A stretch of 63,783 nt of DNA, counting the filler, from Chiloscyllium plagiosum (taxonomy: Eukaryota): assembly GCF_004010195.1 (NCBI RefSeq). It is 4 parts of one record of this genome, joined end to end, with 100 filler letters (N's around TTAATTAATTAA, not from the genome) between each part and the next. Parts side by side here need not be neighbours in the genome. Positions count along the whole stretch, not along the records: positions 1 to 21,988 come from NC_057714.1; 3 more parts are not named here. The stretch is one strand, 5' to 3'. A program made the position numbers and the translations under genes. Below the pieces are notes generated by a model. The model saw nothing but the letters and a program-made list of their open reading frames with translations, made no database searches and was not told the origin of the DNA. Of the stretch, positions 1 through 11,699 are shown one piece after another (within the stretch, counting starts at the first letter, position 1; each line of letters opens with the position of its first letter).

Positions 1-347
1 TCTTCCCTGCTAAGGTATTGCACCATTGAACTTTGGCCAGTTCCTCCCTCATAGCTCCATAGTTCCCTTTATTCAACAGAAATATTGTCACTTCCGATTG
101 TACCCTCTCCCTCTCAAATTGCAGATTGAAGCTTATTGTATTATGGTCACTACTTCCCAATGGCTCCTTCACTTCGAGGTCTCTGACCAATTCTGGTTCG
201 TTACACAATACCAGATCCAGAATTGCCTTCTCCCTGGTCGGCTCCAGCACCAGCTGCTCTGAGAATCCATCTCTGAGGCACTCCACAAAGTCTCTTTTTT
301 GAGGTCCAATATCATCCTGATTCTCCCAGTCTACCTGCATGTTAAAA
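1..347 (-). mobile_element. CR1 LINE ORF2 fragment, AP-endonuclease C-terminal part
   Basis: Minus strand reads FNMQVDWEN...FVECLRDGFSEQLVLEPTREKAILDLVLCNEPELV...EPLGSSDHNTISF, containing the CR1 PTR..AILDLVL and SDH motifs. Confidence 0.85.
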
Positions 348-972
348 GGCGTTTGATATGCTTTCCTTTATTGGTCAGAACATTGAATACAGGAGATGGG
401 AGATCATGTTGCGGCTGTACAGGACATTGGTTAGGCCACTGTTGGAATATTGCATGCAATTCTGGTCTCCTTCCTATCGGAAAGATGTTGTGAAACTTGA
501 AAGGGTTCAGAAAAAATTTACAAGGACATTGCCAGGATTGGAAGATTTGAGCTATAAGGAGAGGTTGAATAGGCTGGGGCTGTTTTCCCTGGAGCGTCGG
601 AGGCTGAGGGGTGACCTTATAGAGGTTTATAAAATCATGAGGGGCATGGATAGGATAAATAGACAAAGTCTTTTCCCTGGTGTGGGGGAATCCAGAACTA
701 GAGGGTATGGGTTTAGGATGAGAGGGGAAACAGACAAAAGAGACCCAAGGGGCAGCTTTTTCACGCAGAGGGTGGTACATGTATAGAATGAGCTGCCAGA
801 GAAAGTGGTGGAGGCTGGTACAATTGCAACATTTAAAAGGCATCTGGATGGGTATATGAATAGGAAGGGTTTGGAGGGATATGGGCTGGGTACTAGCATG
901 TGGGACTAGATTGAGTTGGGATATCTAGTCGGCATGGACGGGTTGGACTGAAGAGAGTATTTCCGTACTGTA
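346..972 (+). mobile_element. CR1 (HER1-like) LINE, 5'-truncated 3' end
   Basis: ORF 358-786 LYRTLVRPLLEYCMQFWSP...RRLRGDLIEVYKIM is the CR1 ORF2 C-terminus, followed by 3' UTR. Confidence 0.95.
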
Positions 973-974
973 CA

Positions 975-1320
975 GAAGTTTACAGAAGGATATGGATAAG
1001 TTAAGTGAATGAACCAAAATTTGGCAGATGATGTGTACTGTGGATAGTTGAGGTTATTTATTGTGGTTGGAGGAATAGAAAGGTAATTTATTACTATAAA
1101 ATAGAGACAAACTTCAGAGTGCTTTGGTGCAGAGGCATTGGGGGCCCTTGAGCATATATTGCAGAAAACTAATCTGCAGGTACCGCAGATGATAATGAAG
1201 GCAAACAGAATGTTGCCATTTACTGTGAAAGGAGTCGGGTATAGCAGTAAGAAAGTGTTGCTGCATCCATACAAGGCATTAGTGAGACTATACTTGGAGA
1301 ATTGCCTATAATTCTGGTCC
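975..1320 (+). mobile_element. Old, decayed CR1 fragment
   Basis: Degenerate RT/C-terminal sequence ending in YKALVRLYLENCL*FWS-like codons. Confidence 0.65.
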
Positions 1321-1324
1321 AACT

Positions 1325-1410
1325 AGGCAAAAGTGAGGACTGCAGATGCTGGAAACAAGAGTTTAGATCAGAGTGGTGCTGGAAAAGCACAGCAGGTCAG
1401 GCAGCATCTC
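1325..1410 (-). mobile_element. PLE terminal-repeat arm, truncated by the CR1 at 1411
   Basis: gtggtgctggaaaagcacagcaggtcaggcagcatc is the reverse complement of the PLE 3' end at 22521-22557. Confidence 0.8.
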
Positions 1411-3194
1411 AGGATGTAACTAGAGAAAGAGTTAGTCCATTAAAGGATAAGGAAGGAAGGTTTTGTGTCGAACCTGAGAAAATGGATGAGATTCTCAGTG
1501 ATTACTTTGCATCAGTGTTCACTGAGGAACGGGAGGTGATGAATGTTGAGATTAGAGATAAAAGTTTGTTTACTCTGGATCACGGTGACATGAGGGGGGA
1601 AGATGTGTTGGGTAGGCGAAAGGATATTAAGGTGGACAAATCCCCAGGACTGGATGGGATCTATCCCAGGTTGCTGAGGGAGTCAAAAGAAGAAATAGCT
1701 GGGGCCCTGACAGATATCTTTGTAGCATCCTTAAATACAGATGAGGTGCCGGAGGACTGGAGGGTTGCTCATGTTGTCCCCCTGTGCAAGAAGGGTAGTA
1801 GGGATATTCCGGGTAACTACAGCCTGACGTCAGTGGTGGGAAAGTTGCTGGAGAAGGTACTGAGGGATAAAATCTATTTATATCTGGAAACAAATGGGCT
1901 TATCAGTGATAGGCAACATGGTTTTGTGCAGGGTAGATTGTGCCTTACCAACTTAATAGAGTTCTTTTGAGAAAGTGACCAAGTTGATAGATGAAGGAAG
2001 GGCTGTAGATGTCATATACATGGACTTTAGTTGGGCATTTGGTAAGATTCCCCATGGTAAACTAATGGAGAAAGTGAAGTCGCATGGTGTGCAGAGTGTT
2101 CTAGCTAGGTGGATAAAGAACTGGTTGAGCAACAGGAGACAGAGAGTAGTAGTTGAAGGGAGTTTCTCGAACTGGAGAAAGGTGACCAGTGGTGTTCCAC
2201 AGGGATTGGTGCTGGGGCCACTGTTGTTTGTAATATACATAAATGACCTAGAAGAGGGCACTGTTGGTATGATCAGCAAGTTTGCAGATGACATAAACAT
2301 TGGTGGAGTAGCAGAAAACATAGGGGACTGTCAGAAAATATAGGAAAATATAAATAGACTGGAGAGTTGGGCGGAGAAGTGGCAGATGGAGTTCAATCTA
2401 GGCAAATGTGAGGTGATGCACTTTGGGAAGTCTAATTCTAGAGCCAACTATACTGTAAATGGAAGAGCCTTGGGAAAAGTTGATGGGCAGAGAGATCTGG
2501 GAGTTCAGGTCCATTGTACCCTGAAGATGGCTGGACAGGTGGATAGAGTGGTCAAGAAGGCATATAGTATGCTTGCCTTTGTCGGACAGGGTATTGTATA
2601 AGAGCTGGCAGGTCATGTTACAATTGTACAAGACATTGGTTCGGCCACATTTAGAATACTGTGTACAGGCCTGGTCGCCACATTACCAAAAGGATGTGGA
2701 CACTTTGGAGAGAATGCAGATAAGGTTTATGAGGATGTTGCCTGGTATGGAAGGTGCTAGCTATGAAGAGAGGTTGAGTAGGTTAGGATTGTTTTCACTA
2801 GAAAAAAGGAGATTGAGGGGAGACCTGATTGAGGTCTACAAAATCATGAAGGGTATAGACAGGGTAGATAGAGATAAGTTTTTTCCCAGAGTGAAGGATT
2901 CAATAACGAGAGGTCATGCGTTCAAAGTGCAGGGAGAAACGTTTAAGGGGGATAAACCCGGCAAGTAATTTACACAGAGGGTGGTAGGTGCCTGGAACGC
3001 CAGCAGAGGTTGTAGATGAAGGCGCAGTAGATTCATTTAAGGTGCGTTTGGATAGATGCTTGAGGTAGGTAGGTAGCAGAGGGATCCAGATGCTTAGGAA
3101 TTGGACGATAGGTTTAGACAGTAGATTTGGATTGGCTCAGGCTTGGAGGGCCGAAGGGCCTGTTCCTGGGCTGTAAATTTTCTTTGTTCTTTGT
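1411..3194 (+). mobile_element. CR1 LINE, RT domain to 3' tail, frameshifted
   Basis: KSPGLDGIYP, QHGFVQGRLCLTNL, YMDFS, GVPQG, KFADD motifs across ORFs 1302-2968; TTCTTTG repeat tail. Confidence 0.95.
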
Positions 3195-3821
3195 ATATAA
3201 GATGCTAAAAGGATGGACAAAGTAGACAGAGATTGTTTCCAGAGGCTGAGATGAGAGCAGCCATGATCATATTAATAATGGGGTAGGCTAGAGGGGCTGA
3301 ATTGCCTATTCCTGCTCTTAGTTCTGATATTCTCACATTGCAAAAGTGCAGAAATTGTCCAACTCTGCCACTGAAGGCATTGAACACTCTCTCTGCTGGA
3401 TAATCCTATTGCTTGTCATCTTTCCTTGCACCAAATGCCAGCATTTCCAAATGGCAGTTACTACTGCATCCTCATTTCTTACAGCTTTGTTGTTGGACAA
3501 AGAAGCATCTTTGGGCCTGGCTTACTGACAAGCCCACAACAAGACTTGGGCTTGTGTAGAATCACTCCTCAGTCTTGTACTTTGCATCTGGCCTGCTTCA
3601 TATGTCTGCTTGACTATATGAAGGGCAGCCCTTGTTCTGACTGCAATAAATCAGGGAATAAAGCATGGAGTGTTCAACTGAGAACTCCCTCTCAAAGCTA
3701 CATCTTCACGTGAATTAGTGACACTGTACAAATCTCTGATGGAATGTCACTGAGACAAATGGCTTCCAGGATCATTGACTAGGCTGAACACAGTCAAAAA
3801 CAAGATTGTCAGACTGAAATA

Positions 3822-3960
3822 GTTAAAAATTACACAACTCCAGGTTACAGTCCAACAGGTTTATTTGGAAGTACTAGGGCTCAGAGCACTGATCCTTCCG
3901 CAGGTAGCTGTGCAGCAAGAGTTTGCCCACCCCAGTCCAACAGGGACACCTCCACATCAG
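3822..3960. mobile_element. Short PLE-derived element, family B
   Basis: Matches the family seen at 24047, 41671 and 53208; flanked by GACTGAAATA (3812-3821) and GATTGAAATA (3961-3970). Confidence 0.7.
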
Positions 3961-5751
3961 GATTGAAATAAACAAAGGGTTACTCCTAGGATTGACAGAC
4001 AATCTGTTTAAGTTTCACCAACACTTCACGTGATAAAAATCTCTGGCAACGGAGGCCACTGAAAATAGAAAGGTATGGATCAGGAACTGGTACTACTTCA
4101 AATGGACACCTTGAGCAATTCTGTGCCTGTAAGACTGTGGTGTACTCCTCCCATCTAAGTGTTTGTATCAGACCTTTGACGGCATCAAAGGGCCTCAGAT
4201 GGGGCATGGGCTGCTGAGTTGGCATAGACTCACTGCCAGTTGAGAGAACACTTCAGGTAAGTCTTCAACTACTTCACCTCACTTCAGACAAGCCATCAAG
4301 GGACTATTTTTGGGAAATCTCTGAGGCTCCTCTTGCTTACAGTTCAATCTTACCTCATAGTTGCTCAATCTTTTTCCTTTTTCCGTCAGCCTCCACTGAG
4401 AGCAAACACTGTCTCTCTTAATTTGATGTCTCCACCATTGTTACCTTTTATATTCTGGTTCTAACGTGGGTTCTTGATACAAGCTCAGGCCTGGCTTCTA
4501 GGTCACCGTTAAACTATGTTCATTGTTGCAATGTACACAATGGGAAGGCTGGAGAGCAGCATACTCAAAGGTGTACAGGTTCCAGTCTCTGAGCAGAACA
4601 TTAGCAGATGAGAACTGAGATCACAGTGAAATCGCAGCTTATCTCAAAACCTTACCTGCATATTCATTTAAACCCTATCTGTACACCGTCCTCCATTGAA
4701 AGTCCTTCCCAAGTGGTTGATATATTTTATGAGCTTTTGCTAATTCTGCGTCAGTCTGTTTGGTTTGTTTGTTGATGAATGCACAATTCAGATTGCTTAT
4801 TTCTTTGCTCCTGATTTTGGAGAGATTATTGTCCAAACACGTGAGCATGACCCAAAGAGAAGCATCCCTCAGGATTTACAGACATTACATTACCTTTATT
4901 GATTGAACAACCAGTGTTTAGGCACCAAGATTTAATAAAGAAACATTGTACAAAGTGTGTGACAACTTAAAGAGCCTCTAAAGAGCAAGGTTTTCACAGA
5001 ATTCATCAAGCAGGTACTAAGGAAGGTATCGCTATCTTTCTTCTGCAGCTCTGATACTCTCCAGAAATTAGCCAGGGCAAGGCTGGGTATCAGTCAGCAA
5101 ATAATGCAAAAAATAATTTCCCAAGTATTATTGCTTTGCTCAAGAGAATAAAATAACACATCTCTTTCCTGACATTTCAATAGCAGCAAATTTCTGTTTT
5201 TAATCCCCCCATCTCACCCCTATACATGGAAGCTATATTCATTGCCTGCCGTTTAGAGCTGTGATCAATGTCATTCTATAAATGAGAGCCTGGACATGAG
5301 GCTAATTAATGCTTTTTCTTCCTTGGAACTGGGCTCTGAGATAGATAATGGAGACCTATACCGTCACATTGTACCGAATCTGTCTGCACTGAATCATCCA
5401 GCTGGCCTTGTGTGCTAGCTTCAGTATTGTACTACTTTGTATGCTGCTAAGGGAATGAATACAGTACCTAAATAAGTATAACACTGGAGATACAATTCCT
5501 ACCCAGTCACAGAGCCTTGCTTCTGTACTCGTGATCGTAGTATTTTGGTGCCTTTACTTGATGATGGATAGTGGGCTGATGGATTGCGATTACCTGAATC
5601 TAATGATACCAGTCATTACAATAATCTTCAGTTAGTTTAACTACCTGCAGGGGCTGGAAAATAATATTCCACAATAATATTTTCTAGATTGACTTAAGCT
5701 TTTTCTCTTTGTTTTGTCTGTCTGAGAGAGATGAATTAAAGTTACAATACG

Positions 5752-6903
5752 TAAGTTCCCCATGGGAGACTGATTAGTAAGGTTAGATCTCACGGAATAC
5801 AGGGAGAACTAGCCGCTTGGATACAGAACTGGCTCAAAGGTAGAAGACAGAGGGTGGTGGTGGAGGGTTGTTTTTCAGACTGGAGGCCTATGACCAGTGG
5901 AGTGTCACAAGGATCGGTGCTGGGCCCTCTACGTTTTGTCATTTACATAAATGATTTGGATGCAAGCATAAGAGGTACAGTTAGTAAGTTTGCAGATGAC
6001 ACCAAAATTGGAGGTGTAGTGGACAGTGAAGAAGGTTACCTCAGATTGCATCAGGATCTTGACCAGATGGGTCAATGGGCTGAGAAGTTGCAGATGGAGT
6101 TTAATTCAGATAAATTGAGGTGCTCCATTTTGGGAAAGCAAATCTTAGCAGGACTTATATACTTAATGGTAAGGTCCTAGGGAGTGTTGCTGAACAAAGA
6201 GACCTTGGAGTGCAGGTTCATAGCTCCTTGAAAGTGGAGTCACAGGTAGGATAGTGAAGAAAGCATTTGGTATGCTTTCTTTTATTGGTCAGAGTATTGA
6301 GTACAGGATTTGGGAGGTCATGTTGCGGCTGTACAGGACATTGGTTAGGCTGCTGTTGGAATATTGCGTACAATTCTGGTCTCCTTCCTATCGGAAAGAT
6401 GTTGTGAAACTTGAAAGGGTTCAGAAAAGATTTACAAGGATATTGCCAGGGTTGGAGGATTTGAGCTATGGGGAGCTGCTGAACAGGCTGGGGCTGTTTT
6501 CCCTGGAGCACCGGAGGCTGAGGGGTGACCTTATAGAAGTTTACAAAATTGAGGGGCATGGATAGAGTAAATAGGCAAAGTCTTTTCCCTGGTGTGGGGG
6601 AGTTTAGAACTAGAGAGCATAAGCTTAGGGTGAGAGGGGAAAGATATAAAAGAGAACTAAGGGGCAACTTTTTCACGCAGAGGGTGGTACGTGTATGGAA
6701 TGAGCTGCCAGAGGAAGTGATGGAGGCTGGTACAATTGCAACATTTTAAGAGGCATTTGGATGGGTACATGAATAGGAAGGGTTTGGAGGGATATGGGCC
6801 AGGTGCTGGCAGGTGGGACTAGATTGGATTGGGATATCTGATCGGCATGGACGGGTTGGATTGAAGGGTCTGTTTCCATGCTGTACATCTCTATGACTCT
6901 ATG
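5752..6903 (+). mobile_element. CR1 (HER1-like) LINE, 5'-truncated
   Basis: SGVSQGSVLGP, KFADDTKIGG and LYRTLVR motifs; CTATGACT tail. Confidence 0.95.
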
Positions 6904-6980
6904 GTTGGGCCAGGAACAGGATATGTCTTTCAGCTCCTTGTGGAGAATGCAGGTGAATTGATTGTCCGTTACAAGTCCCT

Positions 6981-7541
6981 TGTTGAAAAGCACAGCCGGT
7001 CAGGCAGTATCCGAGGAGCAGGAGAATTGACGTTTCCAACATAAGCCCTTCATCAGGAATGAGGCTTGTGGCCCAAGGGGGCTGAGAGATAAATGGGAGG
7101 GGCAATGGTGCTAAGGGGAAGATAGCTGGAAATCTGCTAAGTGGATGAAGGTGATAAGGCAGAGAGGAGGGTGAAGAAGACAGGTGGGAAGGAAGATGGA
7201 CAGTTCAAGAGGGTGGTGCCGAGTTGGAAGGTTGGTTCTGGGATAAGGTGGGGTTGGGTGGGGTGGGGGGAAATGAGGAAAGTGATGAAATTCACATTAA
7301 TCTTGTGGTGTTGGAGGGTCCCCAAGCAGAAGATGAGACGTTCTTCCTCCAGGCTTCAGGTGGTTAGGGTTTGGCGTTGGAGGAGGCCCAGGACTTGCAT
7401 GTCCTTGGTGGAGTGGTGAGTTGTCCTATCTGGCTATCTTCCTTCCCACCTATTCGGATGCTGCCTGACCTACTGTGCTTTTCCAGCTCTACACTCTTTG
7501 ACTCTGATCTCCAGCATCTGCAGTCCTCACTTTCTCCTCCT
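6981..7541 (-). mobile_element. PLE fragment (ORF C-terminus and 3' end) with an inverted terminal arm
   Basis: Minus strand DMQVLGLLQRQTLTT*SLEEERLIFCLGTLQHHKINVNF is homologous to 22094-22250; inverted arm about 7400-7541; TSD-like TTACAAGTCCCT (6969-6980) and TTAAAAGTCCCT (7542-7553). Confidence 0.85.
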
Positions 7542-7759
7542 TTAAAAGTCCCTCTCCAGTGCTTCAATTCTAGAGATGGGAATGTAGGCTCAGTGTGGCC
7601 TTTTGGATGAATGAAAACACTCCTTTGGAAATATTTGAAGTTGAGCTGTGTCTTTGGCTGATATGCAGGACAACATATTCCTCTCCACCAGAAGTACATT
7701 CATTCATTGCCAGACCTGGATGGTGGCAAATTGGCTTCCCTTTATTTCCCCAAGAAACT

Positions 7760-9160
7760 CAAAACATCCTATACCCCCTACCCCTACATTATCCATGCCC
7801 CATTCAGGATTGCCTATGCTACATCAGATGCTGTATGCCATCCTATGTGCCTCTACCAGCCCTGTGACATGTTCATACTCACTATGCCACCCACTTTCCC
7901 TTCTACCCTCAGATCCCTCACATCATTCATATCAACTAATACTGCTGTACCCAACCCTGATCACCTCCCACACTCCATACTAATCCATGCCCCAGAACAC
8001 ATTCCTGGTCCTTTCTAAGACCATAAGACATAGGAGCGGAAGTAAGGCCATTCGGCCCATCGAGACCACTCCGCCATTCAATCATGGCTGATGAGCATTT
8101 CAACTCCACTTACCCGCATTCTCCCCGTAGCCCTTAATTCCTTGTGACATCAAGAATTTATCAATTTCTGCCTTGAAGACATTTAGCGTCCCAGCCTCCA
8201 CTGCACTCTGTGGCAATGAATTCCACAGGCCCACCACTCTCTGGCTGAAGAAATGTCTCCGCATTTCTGTCCTGAATTTACCCCCTCTAATTCTAAGGCT
8301 GTGTCCACGGGTACTAGTCTCCTCGCCTAACGGAAACAATTTCCTAGCGTCCACCCTCTCCAAGCAATGTATTATCTTGTAAGTTTCTATTAGATCTCCC
8401 CTTAATCTTCTGAACTCCAATGAATACAATCCCAGGATCCTCAGCCGTTCCTCATATGTTAGACCTACCATTCCAGGGATCATCCGTGTGAATCTCCGCT
8501 GGACACGATCCAGTGCCAGTATGTCCTTCCTGAGGTGTGGGGACCAAAACTGGACACAGTACTCCAAATGGGGCCTAACCAGAGCTTTATAAAGTCTCAG
8601 TAGCACAACATTGCTTTTATATTCCAAGCCTCTTGAGATAATTGACAACATTGCATTCGCTTTCTTAATCGCGGACTCAACCTGCATGTTTACCTTTAGA
8701 GAATCCTCAACTAGCACTCCCAGATCCCTCTGTACTTTGGCTTTTCTACTTGCATGTCAACTTAATACCAATTTATATCAATCCATGCCACCTGATGTCC
8801 TCTAACCATCACACTTCCACCACATACTCCCAGCCATCCACATCCCTATACCGCCCCCAGATATCCATCATACCTTCATGCCAACCTACATCCCTGTACC
8901 CATCTCTCATACCTCCAATGCTAACAGATGCTACCCTACCTAGTCAGCCTCTTGACCAATTATAACCTTTACGCAATAGTGCCCACAGGCCGCCGTCTTC
9001 CAACTATGTTTCTCTGCACACTTTTTGCCAGCCTCTACTCCCATTCATCCCACCAATGCCAAACCATTTCCCCATTCATCCTCATGACCCTTTACTATCT
9101 TTTTACCAACTTAGTAACCCCTGTTCTGTCACCCACTATCTTTTTGCCTTCCTCTTCATG
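7760..9160. repeat. C-rich low-complexity tract interrupted by a CR1
   Basis: Strong C-over-G skew with recurrent ccatgcc/ccac words at 7760-8015 and 8745-9160. Confidence 0.6.
8016..8743 (-). mobile_element. Young CR1 LINE 3' end
   Basis: Uninterrupted 205-aa ORF 8100-8717 ([19 protein letters not shown]...GDLIETYKI); CTTATG(G)T-type tail. Confidence 0.95.
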
Positions 9161-9919
9161 CCAACTCACTGAATGTCTAGTATGGGCAAAACTCAGGAGC
9201 AGTATAGATGTGAAATAAAATGGTGGGCAGAATCTTAACATGGTTTCAGTGATGTGGGCTATTGTAGAGTGTGGCAGAATCAGGTGAAAAGTGCAGTGAG
9301 CCCATCTCAATGTCAGGAACAACTCATGCCATCTTTTATGCTTTCAAAAGCAGACCGGCGAGATTCCTGTGAGGCAGCGCTAGATGCTAATTGTTTGTTA
9401 AACACCTTGGTAACAGCACAACTTGCCTCATTTAATATTCAACATCGCAATGTACCAACTGCTCCCAATGAGCTTGACACTGGGAAAATTCAACAAGGAA
9501 ATTAAGGTGTGCATCTGGTGGATTCAATTCACCATCTGGTTCATTCACTCTCCATATTGGAGCCTCTATGAACCCTTGTGGCACATTGCTGATCCACTTA
9601 CAGGGCACATCTGCGCTTCAGTGCTGCACCTCAGACTGGACCAGCTTGCATCATTGTAAAGACATTGTGTACTCAGCGACAAGCATCTAGCTCATGGACT
9701 GGACCATGCTGCATCTTCTGCTTGTTCACTTGCCATCATTCTGAGCCTACTATGATTCTCACAGTATCCCTGCATTGCCAGAAAACCAGGCTCATGCTAC
9801 TGCTGTATAGCTGTAGCCATTTAGCATAGACTCAAAGCCGGAAGCTAGTGTTGGTTGTCAATGTCAAAGGATTTAGCTTTTGTTTTGTAGGGTGCTGGTT
9901 CAGTAAGTCAAGGGCAGCT

Positions 9920-10500
9920 CCCCATACCAGATTGAGAGCTTGGAAATGGTTCGTCAGCCGCTTGAGATGGTGAGAGTAGGATTCTCTCTACATAAGGGGT
10001 GATGAGCCAAATATTGGTCAGCCCATGACCTGTCTTGACTCTTTCTGCCACATTGTTGGGCTGTTTTTTCTCCTGGAAAGGGGGAGAGGTGGGATTAAGG
10101 GATCGAAAGTACATGTTACTTTTGGTGCAGTGATGGAATTGAGTGAATGAGCAGACAGTGGTCATGGGAAGCTTGGGTGGGTGTCAGTGAGAGGGAAGAT
10201 ATTACAGACAATAGTGAGAGTGGTAAAGCATGAGCCTTGGTGGGAGGTGGCTATAACAGCAGAAAGTGTGAGCATGAGTTAGCAATGAGGACATGGTGGC
10301 ACTTATGTTGGCAGAGTGGAGAAGGTCTTTGCCTGTTTTCCTACTGTACTGGGGATTCTTCCAGATAGCCAGACTGGCATGAACTGGTATCATGGCCTTC
10401 TGTGCTGGGCCTAGGGGTAGAGGGCATCCTAATTGTGCACGACCCCATCTAGCAGGATCTCCAGGTCCTCTCCCACAAGGCAGGGATATCAAATTTCCCT
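9920..10500 (-). pseudogene. Decayed PIF/Harbinger Myb/SANT-like accessory gene, two exons
   Basis: Exon 1 EDLEILLDGVVHN*DALYP*AQHRRP...W...KNPQYSRKTGKDLLHSA; intron 10073-10306 with mutated donor ATAAGT and pyrimidine-rich CAG acceptor; exon 2 EKKQPNNVAERVKTGHGLTNIWLITPYVERIL resembles the recalled EK.AHN.RER..TGGG...LTP.EER pattern. Confidence 0.7.
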
Positions 10501-10670
10501 TGGCTGCCAAGTCTTGGCAAAGTATCAGGAATTGTGTAGGACAGCTCTGGGCTGATAGTGTTTGTCTAGGTGCACAATAAGGCTTTAAAGGTGGCATTGC
10601 TCCAGGGATGACAGTCAATTCCAGGCTGAGTGGCAAGTTATCTGCATCATGGAATGAGGATCAGGGAAGG

Positions 10671-11591
10671 TTCCATATGTACTTGTGTAAAAGTCGAATT
10701 TTTAAAGGTTCCGTTTATAGGGTTGCCTAATACATGGGTACTAGTTTTGAGAGGCTGAAATTCATACTGCAGTTCCAAATACTGTATTAGCAGAAGTCAA
10801 TTTGATTGCTCAACTAATCCTGGGTAAAGAAGAAAAATACTATGAATTTCATTCAAGGTAATTACTGAATAAAAGCAAGAAATACAAGAATGAATTACTG
10901 GTAGTAAGTTTTATTTATACATACCAGTATGAAAATTTAATATGTCAAAGATTCACTAAAATCCTGCAAAATCACACTGTTCAACATCGTCATGGCCTGG
11001 TATGATGGCACACTTAAAATGAAACATTTATTAAATTCTGAATGCATAAGCATCATGAACTTTCCTGCCAAATTTTCTGTTTCCCTCCCATTTACTCTAG
11101 CATGTTATGAACCTTACCAACATTATCTTTATTTCTTTGACAAATTTGATATAGGTAGCTAATATATCATTCTTTTATTCAGATATAATGGCACAATTAA
11201 AATTAACTTTTTAATGATATTAATTTTTGGATGTATAGTGAACAAAGTGCAATCAGTACCAATACACATAGACATAGTGCCAGTCTGATGAATGATTAAT
11301 CAAAATGTGGTGTAGTAAACCAAGTAGATTTAAGTAGAATTGTGAATGAATAGAGACACCAATAAAGTAAACAAAGAGCAATGAGTAGAGTTACCTGTGT
11401 GAGTGAATAAATGCGATTTAATTTAAATGGGTTAATGGGAACATGCAGTTTCCTTTTGTAAAAAGAGGTTTATAATGCGATATAGTAGAGTCAACTTTTA
11501 CACAAAGTATATAGAAAATACAAGGTTTTTTGGCCAAAAATGAGGGGTTGACTTTTACATGAGATTGACTTTTACATGAGTATATGCGGTA
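10671..11591. mobile_element. Non-autonomous Tc1/mariner-superfamily (pogo/Tc2-like) DNA transposon
   Basis: Imperfect 27-bp inverted termini, ttccatatgtacttgtgtaaaagtcga versus the reverse complement of ttgacttttacatgagtatatgcggta (20/27); subterminal TTGACTTTTACATGAG repeats; AT-rich interior. Confidence 0.75.
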
Positions 11592-11699
11592 ATTAAGTTA
11601 GGGAGTTTGGTAAGGTACAGTCAGGAAACTTGCTAAGCCTCAAGGTGAAAATCTCCAAAAACTCAACACAGCTAGTACTTTACCAAAGAAGCATAAGAT

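Noticed and set aside
331..899. Many antisense ORFs over CR1 copies
   Set aside because: Shadow frames of CR1 ORF2 and UTR that recur in every copy.
7029..7056. Other hammerhead-like copies (7029, 22479, 24133, 24627, 47640, 50190)
   Set aside because: Core or stem II is mutated or deleted; treated as decayed homologues and not called as ribozymes.
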